Shown: positions 12,601 to 27,600 of the stretch, in pieces
Layout of the letters: the number at the start of each line of letters is the position of its first letter
Numbering within the stretch: the first letter of the stretch is position 1
Origin: Botryllus schlosseri
Taxonomy: Eukaryota
Length of the DNA: 64,000 bases
Assembly (NCBI GenBank): GCA_051294905.1
Contig: CM119385.1
Coordinates: 16,616,001 to 16,680,000, forward strand
Direction: 5' to 3'
Position numbers and translations under genes: made by a program
The notes under the pieces: generated by a model
Seen by the model: the letters and a program-made list of their open reading frames with translations, nothing else
Told to the model about the DNA's origin: nothing
Databases searched by the model: none

Positions 12601-15600
12601 GACTGAGCACCTAAATGCCGATCATTTAGTTCAGGACTTCTCAAACTTTTTGTTCTGACACCTATAGAGGTGGGATTTATACGCCACCACAAATTTACAC
12701 GTGCACGTGAATGGTTAACCAAAAAAGTCTTTAAAAAATATATCTCCCGTGTGTAAATAGCAATTGTATCCAGTTAACAACGATTGTATTCAGTGAAAAG
12801 AAACAGAATAACAAAATACTATAAAGGCCGGGCCTATCCCGATTGTGGTTTAAACTAGGGATGGTGTGAACGCGAGGTTCACGTTCGCGTTCTGTGTGTG
12901 AACCTCGAGAATTTGGAGGTTCGCGTTCACAACAGAACCTTGGTAGGTTCTGCACTGTGAACCTTTTTCATATATTACAATTTTCACTTCATAATGACAC
13001 CTTTGGTTCGGATTTACTGCATTTCAACTGCGGGCCACTCTATGAATGACGCCGGCAGCATAAAAAACCAACTCAAAACGCCGAGCATGCACTTTGACAA
13101 TCTCAAAGATTTTACTTGCTTTGTTACAAAAATTTTGCTCGAAATATCCAAGTTTCCGTTTGTGAATATTTAGTGACTCTCCGCTGTGAGCTGACCCGCA
13201 ATCACACAACATCACGAGCGACATACATAACATGTAGAGAACGAATGATGCTTATTTAACCAATCAATGAGATTGATATCGTTCTTGATGTAACAAATCT
13301 AGCTAGCGTACGGGGTCTATCTTCACTTCATATGTTTACTGTATCATTAAAACCAAATCCGTGCGATTGAGGTGTTGGCTACAGCTGTATAACTTTTGGG
13401 GTAGCCTAATATCGGTAGCAAGTATAAAAACCCGTTTTACACTCTGCCCAATATCAATGAAGCAATACTCATACACCGAATACATTGCCTGGTCTGGTCA
13501 ATTCCCCGGCAACTCCTCTTCGAAATTATTGGCAAGGCGACGGATGATATTGATTTTATGGGAGTATTATATATCATTTGATTGCCTCAGTTGATACATT
13601 TAGCGACGTTTAAAACGCCAAAATGTACTTCAGCATTGTGGCATTATGTGGCCCGAGTCGTCGCTAGGTATCGTGTACATTAATATAGGCTATCACTTCA
13701 TTGAAAGATAGGGTTGCAATTAGCAATATGACGTCACGTGACGTCACGAGGTTCACGTTCGCGTTCACACAGAACCTTTCAAAAAGGTTCGCGTTCACAC
13801 GAACCTGAACCTTTCAGAGGTTCACACCATCCCTAGTTTAAACCAATATGACTATAGCGAGGAGGAAATATTGCTGCCATAGATAGTTATAATGCGACAT
13901 AAGAACATGTTGGACATTTGCATTCTCGCGGATCACTAATACATGAAACTATTTCTTATTCTAAATCCTTTTGAAAGAAATGTCATAACAAAATTGGCAT
14001 TATCAACGGTATGGCGGCGAGTAATTGCCAAGCTTTCCGAAAATAAGTCGCAACTTAACGATAACATTACCGGTCTATACTCTATACAAATCGATTAACA
14101 ACGCCCGCATGCAGTTGTTTTCTTTGTAAGAATGTACTTACAGCGTGTTTTTCCCTGTTAGGATAGCAGAAGGACACATTCTCTAAAGATAGATGTCCCC
14201 TTGTCTCGTAATCTTCCTCAGCTACCAAGGATGAGTCGATGTTACTTTTCTGCAAAATTATCTTTAAGAATGTCGCGCTAAGATTCTATTGCACCACAAC
14301 ACACCTTGTCAATAATATCGAAGATGGAGCGGGCTGTACTTTTCGCTGAGAAAATCGAATCCGCGATAGATGCAGCGTGGCCCAAGCTGCTGACAGCATA
14401 CATAATAGACAGAAACACCTGTGTGCGTATAGGATCATTAAATCGAAAGTTTGATAAGGTTGAATATCTCAATACATCCATCGCATGGGTTGTATACCAC
14501 GTTAATTACGACATCAAATAATATTACCGTTAACAACTTTCCGAGAGTGAATCCATTTTGATTGTTGAGGACGAGAATGGAGCCATACCAGAACGCCAAC
14601 GCGAATGTCAGAATCAAAGCACACCAGATGACTCCTTGAAAACCGCCACGCATCACGCCTTTCTTAATCCCTATCTTCTTCGCCTCGGCAAGTCTTTCGT
14701 CATATCTAAATGGAATTTTGAAGATGTGACTGTTTTGCTGCATGATTTCGGATCGAATTTCGAAGCGAGTTTGGGTGATATGAAGTTGATGCATGACATG
14801 GCATACCCGTTTTGTCACGCAACCCCTACTGGCCGGTTTTCTGCATATCACGCGGACGGGAAACTTATTAACGTACAGAATTTACAGGAATCGAAATGAA
14901 GTATAACTTTGCGCAATAGTGGGTTCAAGTTACATAAATACTTCGTGAATTATATTAGATTGATGACGAACGCAAACGAGCTTAGTACTATCATCAGGTG
15001 TCTTGTCCGTATCCTATAAAAGTAAATATGGATTTAAAGTTATAGTATTGACTGGAACCTATCAAGCTCCCATCATGACACCAATCACGAACAGTTTTCT
15101 TCGGTTGTTTTCGCTAATTACAGTATTCCCAACCAAAATTGAATTTGCTATGGAAACAACCCGCTTAAGACTTCAATATGCCAGTAATTACCATTCCTTA
15201 TTAGTGTGATTCATCAATCACGCTTAAGCGGGTACTATTGTCGAATTCCTGCATCTCGTAAGCAATCCAGTGGTCATTTATCACAAAAGGCGGTTAAATA
15301 AGTCCAATCGGCGCGATTACGCGGCGACCAAGACCACATTACATACTAATATGAAGATAGAATATTTTCAATCCGACATTTATCAATCATATTTCATGTT
15401 GTACACAGCTGGCGGAGCTCCGCCGATCGTGGTTCGCATGTGGTTGGTCATATCGGAAAAGACTTGTACGTGGAAGATAATCTCTGGTGAACATATTCAA
15501 CGCTTCATAATATTCTATTCATAATAATTAAAGTGACATGTTTATCTATTTCACCACTTATTTTTTATAAACTGTAGTTACTTGGCTATATGTATACTGT

Positions 15601-18600
15601 GACAAAATCTAAAAATTGAGCCATGAGTTTATCGGTTGGTGTGACGGGGCATATACGAGAGTGCACTGTATAGTGCTCTGACATTAAATTTATTCCAGTG
15701 ACATTACTAATTTAGTTAGCTATCCCGCTGCAATCATACAGGGACAATGTGAAAATTTTGCACTAGCTTAAATAACCCCGGAATTTCTAACCACATCACG
15801 TGCGACGAACTAGATCATAATATAACAGAACTTTAATACTTTTTCAAGTATTCCGTACAGAGACTAGGAATGTACGATGCGGTGTGGTATATGTTAATCC
15901 GCACGATAATACCGGGAATTTAAACACAAAATAACGTAAGTCATGTAGATATCGGACCTTGAAATCAGATATCTTCCACGGCTCTGCCATTAAATATGAA
16001 TTAATTGACTAAAAACACCAGTTCTGTAAGATCAAATAGCCCAACGTCACTTCGCCGGACTTTGAAATGACCAAGCATTGGCACTACGGAGTATTTTGGT
16101 TTGGCGCTTCAATGTGACATTAGTTTGCGACTGATTAAGTAAAAGATCTGAATCCCTTTCAAACTTAATTCTTTCTTATAAATTATAGACGTGCCGTCTA
16201 TTGTTAAGATTTATTTTTACAGTACAAGCATCACCACAGAAAATGTCGAATTGAGTGGATAACTGAGCGTTGCTGCATTATTGAGCTTGTAACAAAGTGG
16301 CCCTTTGAGTAATCCCCATCGAAACGGCAAACGAACGATTGCATCTGAAGTACTCAGAACTGGAAACAGCGAATAGATATTAGCTTTTAGGCGTGTAGCC
16401 AATAAATCCGCCTACGCAGTTGAAATGTATTCAATTCACCTGTTCACTTCCAATTCCTCGGCTCCGTACGCGACAACCGTGCGTATGTTTTTCAGCACGC
16501 TCTCCACGATAGATCCGGCCTTAGAGTATGCTTTCGCCTCCTTCTCGCACCAAATGTTGTGGAACTGAAACAATTGACGTATTAAGGGTTTGTTATCATT
16601 GCGATCACATTCACTTGCGAGTGTCTTTCACGGGGTTATTGAAAGCACGATGCATGCAATAGCAAGGTAATTCCGACATGATACTTTAATGAATAGGGAA
16701 TTACTCAATAGGACGTTTGTTTTCAGGTACACAGTAAACGACAAAAAGTCAGATTTCCAGATTTTCGCGTTAGCGCAGGCCGCGAGTCAAGTCAACTGAA
16801 CTTTCTGGAACAACGTTCAGTTCTCACTAGGGTTGCATTTAAAACAAAAATCAATTTTAAACAAACACATGTTTGAAAAATTACCCTTGTTTAAAACATG
16901 TTTTTCATATTTTTTGTTTATTAGCCATGGCGTCATGAATCTGTAATTGTGACATGACAGTGGATTGAAATTGAAAATATAGTGCAAATATGGCTCCTTC
17001 GACGAGAAGGGCTTTCGTCCTCTGTCGTAAACAGACCAAAAATATCTTTAACCATAGGACTGCATCGTTATGCAGCATTTTACGGTCAGCGGTCATCATC
17101 ATCAGAACACCCATTCCGTACCAATTTATCTATGTCTACTTGTTATAACTCTCGAACTAACGACGATTTTGAGGGTTCAGCCACTCCATATCGTACATGT
17201 TTTTCAAAAGTGTTTACACAATTATGGCATGATTATACAACGTTTGAATAAAAACCACATTTTTCTAAAGGCATTTGTTTAAAACACTATTTCAAATATG
17301 TTTTGAACTAAATGTTTTAAATCCAACCCTAGTTCTCACACTCAACGGAAGCCGGTTCGAACAGATGAAATACGCCCCTGGTCTGTCTCTAATTATACTT
17401 CTACTTGGGTAGAAAGGCTGAGGACTTTGATCACCTCATGGTTGATACGCGTCCATTTCGTCAACAAATATATTTCATGGCCGCGTATTCATAACTGTCA
17501 GAAGTATAAGCAAATTTCCTGAATACTAATAGGAAATTCCCACACATTTACCACATCGTAAAAATGGCGTCGTTTGTTTTAATACGCCTTAAACTGCATT
17601 ATTCAAGCGTCAATCACGAGATGTCTTGAAACGAAACCCTTCTCACCTTCCCCATCAGCACAGTTGCCCCGGCCAGAACAGGTGCCGCGGCCAGAATTAC
17701 GAACGTGAGTCGCCACTCGTAATAAAAACCGATGCCAAGTCCGAAGGCGGACGCCGACAGGCATTGTACAAAACAACCTGTTTTGTCGCCGATCACTTCG
17801 CTAATCTTCGCCACATCCCTGAACAAGCAAAATTGAAATCAGTGTGATTTAGCAAAACACGCGAGCCTAACTGGTATGAGTAAAAGAAGCGTGAATCTTT
17901 TTGTATATCCATCAGCCATACTTGGTGACAATAGATCGGTGGTTCTAATACTATTTAGATCGCGACCCAAATCTGACTTTTAGTGGTATCTCGCGACCCA
18001 AGCAACACACGCCAAAATGAATGCATTTGGGTGCCGACCAATTATATCAATAACGAAGGGTTTGGCCACCCAACGACGGTCAATTATCGCCACCGAACTT
18101 TTTGGTACCGCACTTTGCCCAGCCGTATGTTGGCCCAACGCCATATATTCATGTGTCCAAGCGTGGACGGGGTTTGGCCTCATAAACCGGCAACCGCTCG
18201 TTGTACAACTCTACACTAAAGAGTCCCAGGTCTCCGACGGTGTTTTCCAGAGAAACCAATGTTGAAAAAATCTTATCATGAATTCAAACCAATTCGTTTA
18301 ATACAAAGGTCGGCACATTTTCATGATCAAGTCATGCTGTGGTGGCGACTTCTCCGCGTGTCTCGCTTATTGGCCGTGGTACCAAACTCAGTGACCCCTG
18401 ATATGCTCAAACCAACTACAGTAAATCGCGCGAAAAGCGAAGATATTTTTGTTGTTGCAATGACCTCAAATAATATTACATACATATTAAAAGACCGCTC
18501 TGGTACCGTCGCGACCCAAAATTATACCCTTCGCGACCTATGTTTGGGTCGCGACCCATACTTTAAGAACCACTGCAATAGATAGTTAATTGCGGCGTAA

Positions 18601-21600
18601 GAAAACTGTCTCAGATGAATCTGTGCCAATTGGACTTCTTTGTCTCATTTTACCGTAAATGCAGACAGTATAGTCTGGATTATAGCGGATCGTAAAATGT
18701 ATTTCAGATATGCAACGAAAACACAAAAGGCATGACATAATAGTCGACATTATAGACGAACTAAAACAGGTCAGAAAAAAGATCCAAAGGCGGTCAAAGC
18801 TCAAATCCATAGATATTATAGAATGAGGATCGCAGCAACCTTTTGCAGCGTTCAGTGTCAAGGTACCAAAGGAAACCAATCGCACACGAATTGCTAATCA
18901 AACGGCACAAGGGTCGGCGTGATCAAAGTATAGGCAAAATGTTGACTCATATTTGTCGAAGAGCGTATATGCACGATCTTCGTTCGACCCGTGTCATGAT
19001 GATGTGCCACTGGCACACCTTTGACCGTTGAGTAAAAGAGTTGAGTAAAAGAGTTGTGCACCAGAGAAAGATTTGTAATCAGCGTGATAGAGAAGTTTAT
19101 TTAATCTACGAAATGGGTTTGGTAAATATATCTACCAAAATCGACAGCGGATACTAGGGATGTCAAAAACATTTTGACTCGGGATGTAAAGATAACCGGC
19201 AACACTTTCAAGCTCTGACGCATAGATCAGGACTCGTTCAAATTGTTACAATATCTGACTGACGAGGACAATAATAACAGCTATAAAAGTTGCTTGTGAG
19301 TTAACAATCATGAAATCAATTCTATAACCTCATTCCAATTAAGAAAACGCGTTACGCTGTTACGCGATATATATTGGCCTCCAACCGCGGGTATTGGACG
19401 ATATTGTACCTGGAATTTCGTTGCCACCCAATAATGGCTTTCGCCATTTTGCCATACCCGTACTAGTTTGTAGATAGTTTTTTCCGTTTTTCGTCGCTTA
19501 TGCCTTATGATGCGACCTGAAATTCTCATTTGACCACGGTAAATAGCAACGATCGACGATTATCGGCCTAGATTTTGATATCGCGGGATCGCTGACAACC
19601 CGCAAGGCTTGCCTTATCCCTTCTTGGTAAAGAGAAATTCGTGAATACATAACTGAAAACGGCTGGTACATGACTATATACTCTCTTCAACAAAATTCTT
19701 CAAACTTTCAACATTAGATTATGGCAGTAACGCAGTAAGTGAAAAGTCATTCTACGCAATACTTAAATGTTGTAAATCATGACATATTTCCGATTTACCG
19801 GAGATATTTGCCAAATGAGATCAAATCCAGCCAATGGAGATGAATTTAAATTTTTTAAATTTAAATATGAAATTTAGAATTTTTAAATATAATGGGTCGT
19901 CTTATTTCCATGACACAACAAAAATCACCAGCCAGCGTACGCTTTTCAGGGCCCAGGCAAATTTGAAGGCTGAAATCCAGTTCCCTTTCGTGAATTCAGT
20001 AAGCTGTGGTTTTACTTATGGTATCAGAAATGACAGAACACCCATACATAGCCTATAGTAACTGGAATAGTCTATGGATGTGGGCGAAAGGGGCTTTGTC
20101 TCTTCCGCCACAATTCTACACCTGCTGCGTGTGACGTCATATGATTGTTGAGTTATAATTCTCCCGCGCTCCAAAATTTTCACCCTCGTTACACTTATGC
20201 GTATAGCCGTACAGAAATTATGTGTCATTATGTCACCTTGAAGCCTTGGCTTCGGCGTATTTTTGCGTATTTGGCCCGCATCAAAAATGTTTGGACGCCC
20301 ATGTTACGTTATATTTTTGCATAAACTCTAATTTCTACTAGATTTCTGCGTGAGTTTATTTTGTGATATATTTGGCTTGTCGTGGAATATATCATTTAGG
20401 TAGGACTGCGAACGGATTCTGTTACGTTTTAAATTTCGCATGTGCAATAATGGCCGTCATACCTATCGAGTTTCGTGTTGACTTCGTGCGCCTCCCTGCT
20501 ATCTATCCATTCTCTCTCTTGGTATATGATGGACCGGAAGAGAAGATATCGTATTCTTCTGGATTGACGGTTCGCCGACATTGACAGTGAAAACACCTGC
20601 CGAAATGATCCATGTGCTGTACTTATGACGAGGCGCTATATGATTGGATTGTTGTTGTTTGGAGTTTGACTCAGTAAAAATTTTCGCACTCCATTGTTTC
20701 CGTATGTTACTCGACTCAGACTAATCATTGTAATCAGTAGATTTATTGCCACGACCAAAATTCGCAAGTGAGGTCAGGCTTATAAAAGGGACCGAAGGGT
20801 CATAATCATTGAAAGTTATACTTTTTGCATAGCGATTTTTGAGTAGCTTCCTATATTCGATCTAATAATCGTAACTTGAAACTATTTATTCGCTTATGGT
20901 GCGATTCAATATCATTACAAATCTTCAGTTTCAGTGAAATCACAAAAGAAAAGGTGTGTATTCGAATTCGAAATAGAAATATAATTCGTATGCGTATCTT
21001 GTTTTCAAACGGGTGCCCGGCGAATTTGACCTGAGCCACGAATCAAAGTTATAGTAAATATAGTCACTAGCGTAATCGAGAGGGTGGCAAGTGCTGTCCC
21101 CTCGATCTTGTAAGCCTTATCTAGATTCTGTACACTACATGTGCCAAAGTGCAATATAGTCTCTTGACTTAAGATTGTCTACTAAAAAGTTGTTCATTTA
21201 ATGAATCCATGGTCGGTAATGAAACGTACTGCATGATATGGCACCAGTTCTGAAATTTTATAATTTCTAACGGTAGCACAAAGATTAATATACAATGTTA
21301 GGAATATCAACAACTCAAGTAATGGTGTGATCCTCGGAAGCTTACGAAAGGCGCAAGGTGAAAAAGTTTTGGCACCCCTTTTTTAATGACAGCGTACTTA
21401 CATCTAATCGCCGAGTGCTCGAAACTTTCGAATTTTGTATGTTTCACTAAGAGCACTCAATTATCGATACGAACGTTATGGAATCTTCTAAATCTCCTTG
21501 AATGGAAGTTGTAAATTTATAGTCCATGACAGTGGGCGCCTAATTAGATAATGTCACAAGAAATTTCACGTAAGTGCTTGGAAGTAGTAGCCCTCCAGCC

Positions 21601-24600
21601 AAAGGCATCAGGAAATTTGAAAGCGTGTCACTTGTCTTGTCTTACCTGCAGAAAGCCGCAGACTAAAACAACAGCTGAGCATATGAGATAGTATACGGCA
21701 AAGTATGCCATCTGCGTGGTCAAGTCTTCAGATCTACAAAAATATGCACAAGTTTATATATCAAGCACTCTCTGTACTTAACGCGAATACTCTACATAAT
21801 TTTGATCACTTGCTAATTGCAGGACTTCAGTACGGTGAACACCGCTTATTGGTTAAGCAACATAATTGCCATTAATATAGTACATGGAATTTGTTGGATG
21901 AAAACGCACCATCAACATCAAACAGCCATAATGACCAAACCCATTATTTGAGCACAACGTAGAATGTTGTGTTTCTGTAGTGCAATTGCATCATCGAAAG
22001 GAACATTATTACATGGCGTGAGATCTAAAACCAAAACTGATGTCTAGAAATAACATGTTTACTGAATGTATTGTGAAGTTGTTCATTCGGCGTTTACACA
22101 CATATTCGTGCATCCTATAGTTATGCAAATAATACACAACAAGCGTCTACAAGCTCCGCGCGAAAAGCAAAATGAACTCAATTCACTTCATTTTTCCACC
22201 TAATTTCACGCCGGCCTTGCAAGCTTACCGTTCGATAAATAGAGTTTCAAGAGACGGAATGCACGTAATATCTAGGCCTAGGTTAATTCCTATTTGCGAA
22301 ACCTACACGGTATTCCTCCGGGCAGTAATCATACATTTTCATACATCACGTGTCAGACCATGATCGACTGATCAGTGATCAATTATCGTGTTAAGGTTTT
22401 CAGTATTGTGAGCAACTACGCGTTGTTCACATTAACCAACCGCATCGAATTTTCCTATGCGCATGAAATACAGAAAATGATATATTTTGCTGTTGACAAA
22501 TGACACGGTAATCGACTTCTTCGAGACGCAAACACAATATTTGGCATAATTCAACGTCGGGCAGTGTGACGTAATACAGAAACAATGCCATACCCTCCGG
22601 TTTCGTTGGTTTCGAGGTTAGCGTACTGGCTACAATTCGTAGTTGAGATGTTACGAATTCGTGGTTCACCCGCTACGCCGATGCAAGAGGAATATCTCAC
22701 AAATGAATCGGCAAGCTCTCCAAACACTAAAACGAAATCGATGTCGGATTTAAAATAACGCAGAATGAACTTTTGATCGCAAGCGAGAATCATTACGGAA
22801 TTCCCACCAACTTGACTACGGAGATTTTCCTGTCGCTAACACCAAAGTGCGTTATAATTCCATGACAGGTCACGATCCTACAAGACATTAAATCGTAATC
22901 CAGTCCAATTCATTGTAGGGTAGGGTAGGATATATGTCACCTACAATAAAACTACACAGTGTCTGAGTGTATTGATAATAACTACTGATTGAAACAATGC
23001 GTGTTCTCTGCCACACTGTCATTTTATGTCATTTTATGTCATGTCATTTTATGAATATCTTGTTATCTCCAATATACAACAGGAGATTCCACAATTTATC
23101 GCAGATGCCGAACTGGCCCTCTGATGGCTACTATTGATCTTATATTCTAAAATGTATTCGCCGCGGTCCGCATTAGTATTATAAATTACCACGATAATCA
23201 ATTTCATGAACAGTAACTAATAACCATTGACAAACATGAATAGGGGACATGTTTCACAGAAATACGGCCCGGCAAATCCCGCGCGGTTGAGCAAGTTCGT
23301 GGGCTGTGCCAGATTAAGCTTTAACCATTTTGTCGGAGTACAGTACGTTCGATGAGTGTCTGTTAATTAAAAGCGATGATTTTGTTTGATTTCAGAAGTT
23401 GCCGACTTTTCAGGCTCAAGGGAAATTTTATTGTTGATATTTTTCGAGGCACCGTCAGTGTGAGGTACCAATAGCACGCCCCTCTATGCCCGGGCCACGG
23501 ATTTTCAAAGATTCGGAACCGGACTATATATGATGATGTACTCGATCCGGACAATTTTCTAGCACAGTGGTTCTCAACCGCCGGTCCGTGGCAAGTTTCC
23601 TGCTGGTCCGCGAAATATATTAAAATTTTATATCTAAATTTAAAAAAGGAAAGTTAGACGGTTCTCCATTATTAATGAAATAAAACATATAATTTTAAAT
23701 CGATTTAGACGTTTGGAGATTAATTTTCTGCATGGTGTCGTAATAGAGAGTTCATGGTCTACCTCGCGTAGCTACGTAACGATGGTGCAAGTGCGGTACG
23801 AAATTGTTTTAATTCAAAACTATACTACAACTTGTTTTTAAACAAACCTCCTTAAATTCCGTAAGTGCCATTAAGCGACACCTGACAGTATAATAGAGGC
23901 TTCAGCAAACAGCAAAGTCACATTTCTTTTAAAAAATACAGATCAATCACAATTAGGTTAGAGATCTTTGACATGATTTTGCGAGCTTCGAACAGAAACT
24001 TCAATATACAATGCATCAATGCCCGGGTAACTAACGTAGTTCACGCGATGTGAACTATTATTACGATTAGGACGTTTTATATTTTTATCCTGGTCCTTGT
24101 CCTTCAACAGAACCACGTGTGAATATCCAACATTGAAAAGGCAGCAGAAATGTAGTTTCCCACATTACATTTGAGATGCATACACTTCTCGTAAATAAAC
24201 TTTGGGTTAATTCGATTTTTGACAGTTCACCGGTCCGCAGGATTTGTTTGGGCGTTTTACCGGTCCGTGAAGTCAAAAAGGTTGAGATCCACTGGTCTAG
24301 CATAAAAAATGGTCATAACACTTGGTTAGCCTGATTAGCACGACCTTCTTTTGGGAGACAGAAAGTAACTGTGCGGGTCTTCAGTTCACCTACACAACGA
24401 GTCTGAAATATTATTAACAGTCATGATTAATTGAGTTGCGTCAAAAGCATCTGATGTAACACATAAATATATCGTATATCAGTGCATGCACCAAGGGCAC
24501 ACAGCGCAAAAAAGCGCTCCAAAATTCGAAAACGCGTTTGCGTATACCACACTATCAAATTAATGCTGGCATATACAACAAACAAATCCTCCAATGATTC

Positions 24601-27600
24601 ATCGCGTGGCCTCGTTGACATTTGATCGTATGACGAAGCAGTTTTATTTTCCAGCGCAATAATTATAAGGAAGTCGACGCTTTGCAAGTGAATAGAAACT
24701 GGCGTCCAGCCAAGTTAATAAGATATTGTATTAAAGGTAATTCTCCTTCGGTCACGCCGTGTCGCGCAAAACTATACAAATACGAAAGTGCAGGATGTAC
24801 CGCAATAACGCAGGCGTCAAAATCTCGTACAGATAAGCATGTAGCCAGCATGTAGACTTGGGAGACACAATAATCATAAACAGGATTCTGATACCATTCA
24901 ACTGTCATTCCATCATCATTAAAGGATAATGGATATGTTTATCAGGATTACGCAAATGTGCTTTTGCATTAAGGAACCAATCTGATATAATTGAAGTCGT
25001 CTGTTATATTTATACGCTAATTTCACTTCCGTTTATCCAAATCTAGAGTCACGTGTAACATTTCCCCTACTCTTCTATAATGTAGCATATTATGTCGTTT
25101 AACCTGTTTTTCGGTTACCCAGTTGGGATCGGAAGAGGACGAAATCAAGACAATAAGGAATTCTTCCAATGTTCGGGTATTAGGCTTCGAGTCCTGTCGA
25201 GTATTCGAGCATATCTCTTATTATGACGTCAAAACGGTATGAAAGATATGGAAAGTTCAAAGACGTACCTTATATGCTACCTCAAAGAATATAACGCCCG
25301 CTGTACACCACAAAGATATAGCTTTGCAATACATGTTTTCTTCGCTACGATATGACAACCACAATGGAAAATGATATCGAAACTACAATTTTCGTTGATA
25401 AGTTATGACTATAGGGCAAGTTTTTGGAAAGGTGCACTTATTTTTCACAAAAGTTGCAGTATAAAGTTACATTTATGGACAAGTTCCTCGCAGTTATTAG
25501 AGTATGAGATACTCGAATCGATCCGTATCCAACGCACTGTAGCAAAACTCGGTGTTGGCGACTTAAACAAAACAAATAGCCTGAAAAAATTGACCTAGTA
25601 AAAATATAATTTTCGGCGGTCTAGCCTGAATATATACGTACAATCAGAAAGGACCTCAAATTGAAACGACAGTGAAATAACCAAGCGATCTATTTACATA
25701 TAGTGAAAAATATTTCCAGTAAAAAGTTGGTTGCATGAAAAATCGAAAAAGTCGCAAAAATTGGAGAAAAGTTGCAAAAGGTTGCAATATAAGATTCTCA
25801 CCAATAGCTTAAAACACCATATCACATAACCTCTGAGTATTTAGAAAGCTGCCGAAAGCTGTAAAAAAGTTGTCAAAACTTGCCCTATATGACGGATAAC
25901 CGTTAATTTAATTTTCCGACATTGAATCGCTTCATGCATGATCTTATGGCTTCTGAGTGTGCTTGATACAATTTTTATTGTGGAAGAAAGAATAGCAAGT
26001 AGTTCAAAACATATGAAATAACTATGGGAAAAGATGTTGGACTTGTAATTCTAAATATTCCTGCAATTTCGACAGCAGTGACAATAAGATGATTTGTATC
26101 TCTTCCGATGCGCGCGAGCGCTGCGGAAAGCTAGCAACTGAAACTAGCGGTAATCGAAAACGTGGTATCTGAAGACGTAAAGAAAGTGTGAATTCTTCCA
26201 GAGTAGTGATATCAAGACGCAGTGCTTAGCGAAACAGAAGTCCCTAAACTCACGCTATTCGAAGATCCCAGAACGCGATGACATTACGCGGGATTTTTCT
26301 AGCGCGATATCAACTCCGCAATCGCCGATACAACAAACAAAGACACCTACAGTGACGCAGTATATATGAAATGATGCCGCGGTTCGAGACCAACATTCCC
26401 GTCGCAGTAAACGGATGAACCCGGCAGTACAAAAATGTGGCGGAAATCCGATACATTTTATAGCTCACCCTAAGGCCCGTAATAATCGAGACGAACGGTG
26501 ATACCCGAGAAATATGGCAACAAATATATAAATAATCGTAGATAAGATCTCTATCACGAAAAGAATTTTATATCCCATCGGTAACGATGCGGTTTCAAAG
26601 TAATGATACGAGGCAATTTGTTGCAACCTAAAACAGGTAAATCCCGCTCACACAGCCGAGGTCGCATACCACGAAACAATACCGTCAAAAATAATATCGC
26701 GCAGTCGGAGACTGATTAGTAATTCGAAACGGCTCGCATTAGCAGGCAAGTTCCCACGACATGCAGATGATTTGTGCAATGTGCAGGCGAATGCGAATTC
26801 ACTCTAACCCGGATTGCGCCGAAAGTCCATGAGTACGTTCATTCTGAGCTCAATTTCGCAGAGGTTTGTTTGTGTGCGGAAGGCGTTTGGGTGCCTAGGG
26901 CATTTTGATGTCTTGGCAAAAATAAGTCAACGCCGATCTATATACACTGTATATTATACAGATACACGACGAAGCGCAGTTAGATTCACCGCACGAATTA
27001 TGTAATGACAATTAAAGCGGCCGAGTTTAATCCCGAATTGGATATGAAGGCAGGAAAATATACTCTTTCGAATCATCATAGCGGGTTAAGTGCTAACCCC
27101 GATTAAAGGGTGTGATGACGCATTGCGGCTTAAGCCGAGATTTCATAAGACTCTCATGAGGCACGCTGAAGAACAAATTTAACCACGAAACTAGTCATAA
27201 GTCAACCTCTCCATTCTCCAATCTCCGCATGTATAAACCAGACAAGCTGAAGTAAGCGTGGTGGTGTTATGACGAACAACCAAAGCAGATTTCTATGTTA
27301 GTCCGATATAATTGGTCACGACTTGATGATATACAGGCTATTACATCGGAGTTGACCGCAACCTATCGCCTACACTGCGCCTTTACATGCATTCTCGTTC
27401 TCGAAAAGACAACTCAAAATCGAACGGATCTCGTAACTCTGGCATCTGACGTTTAGAAATTGAATGAGCGTTAGTGCATATGCAATACAATATTTTAGCT
27501 ACTTGACGGTGAAAACCCCCAAATGGCAACCCTGACTTGCGGTGTATGGAGACTATGTAGATTGTAGAATGTGACTCGCAGAGTTGTTGTCAGAATTACA

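Noticed and set aside
12856-13835. CRISPR-like or regulatory array suggested by repeated GTGAAC/GTTCAC motifs
   Set aside because: No repeat-spacer periodicity; the context is eukaryotic and the motifs are subterminal repeats inside TIRs with a TSD.
18586-18885. 99-aa minus-strand intronic ORF, and similar 60-120 aa ORFs across introns and MITEs
   Set aside because: Lengths are expected by chance; no domains, and many lie inside repeats.
18880-19018. Minus-strand stretch reading VCQW...R...IMSQHFAYFD that mimics ABCB exon 6
   Set aside because: Needs two frameshifts and contains a stop; the real, clean exon 6 is at 20463-20596.
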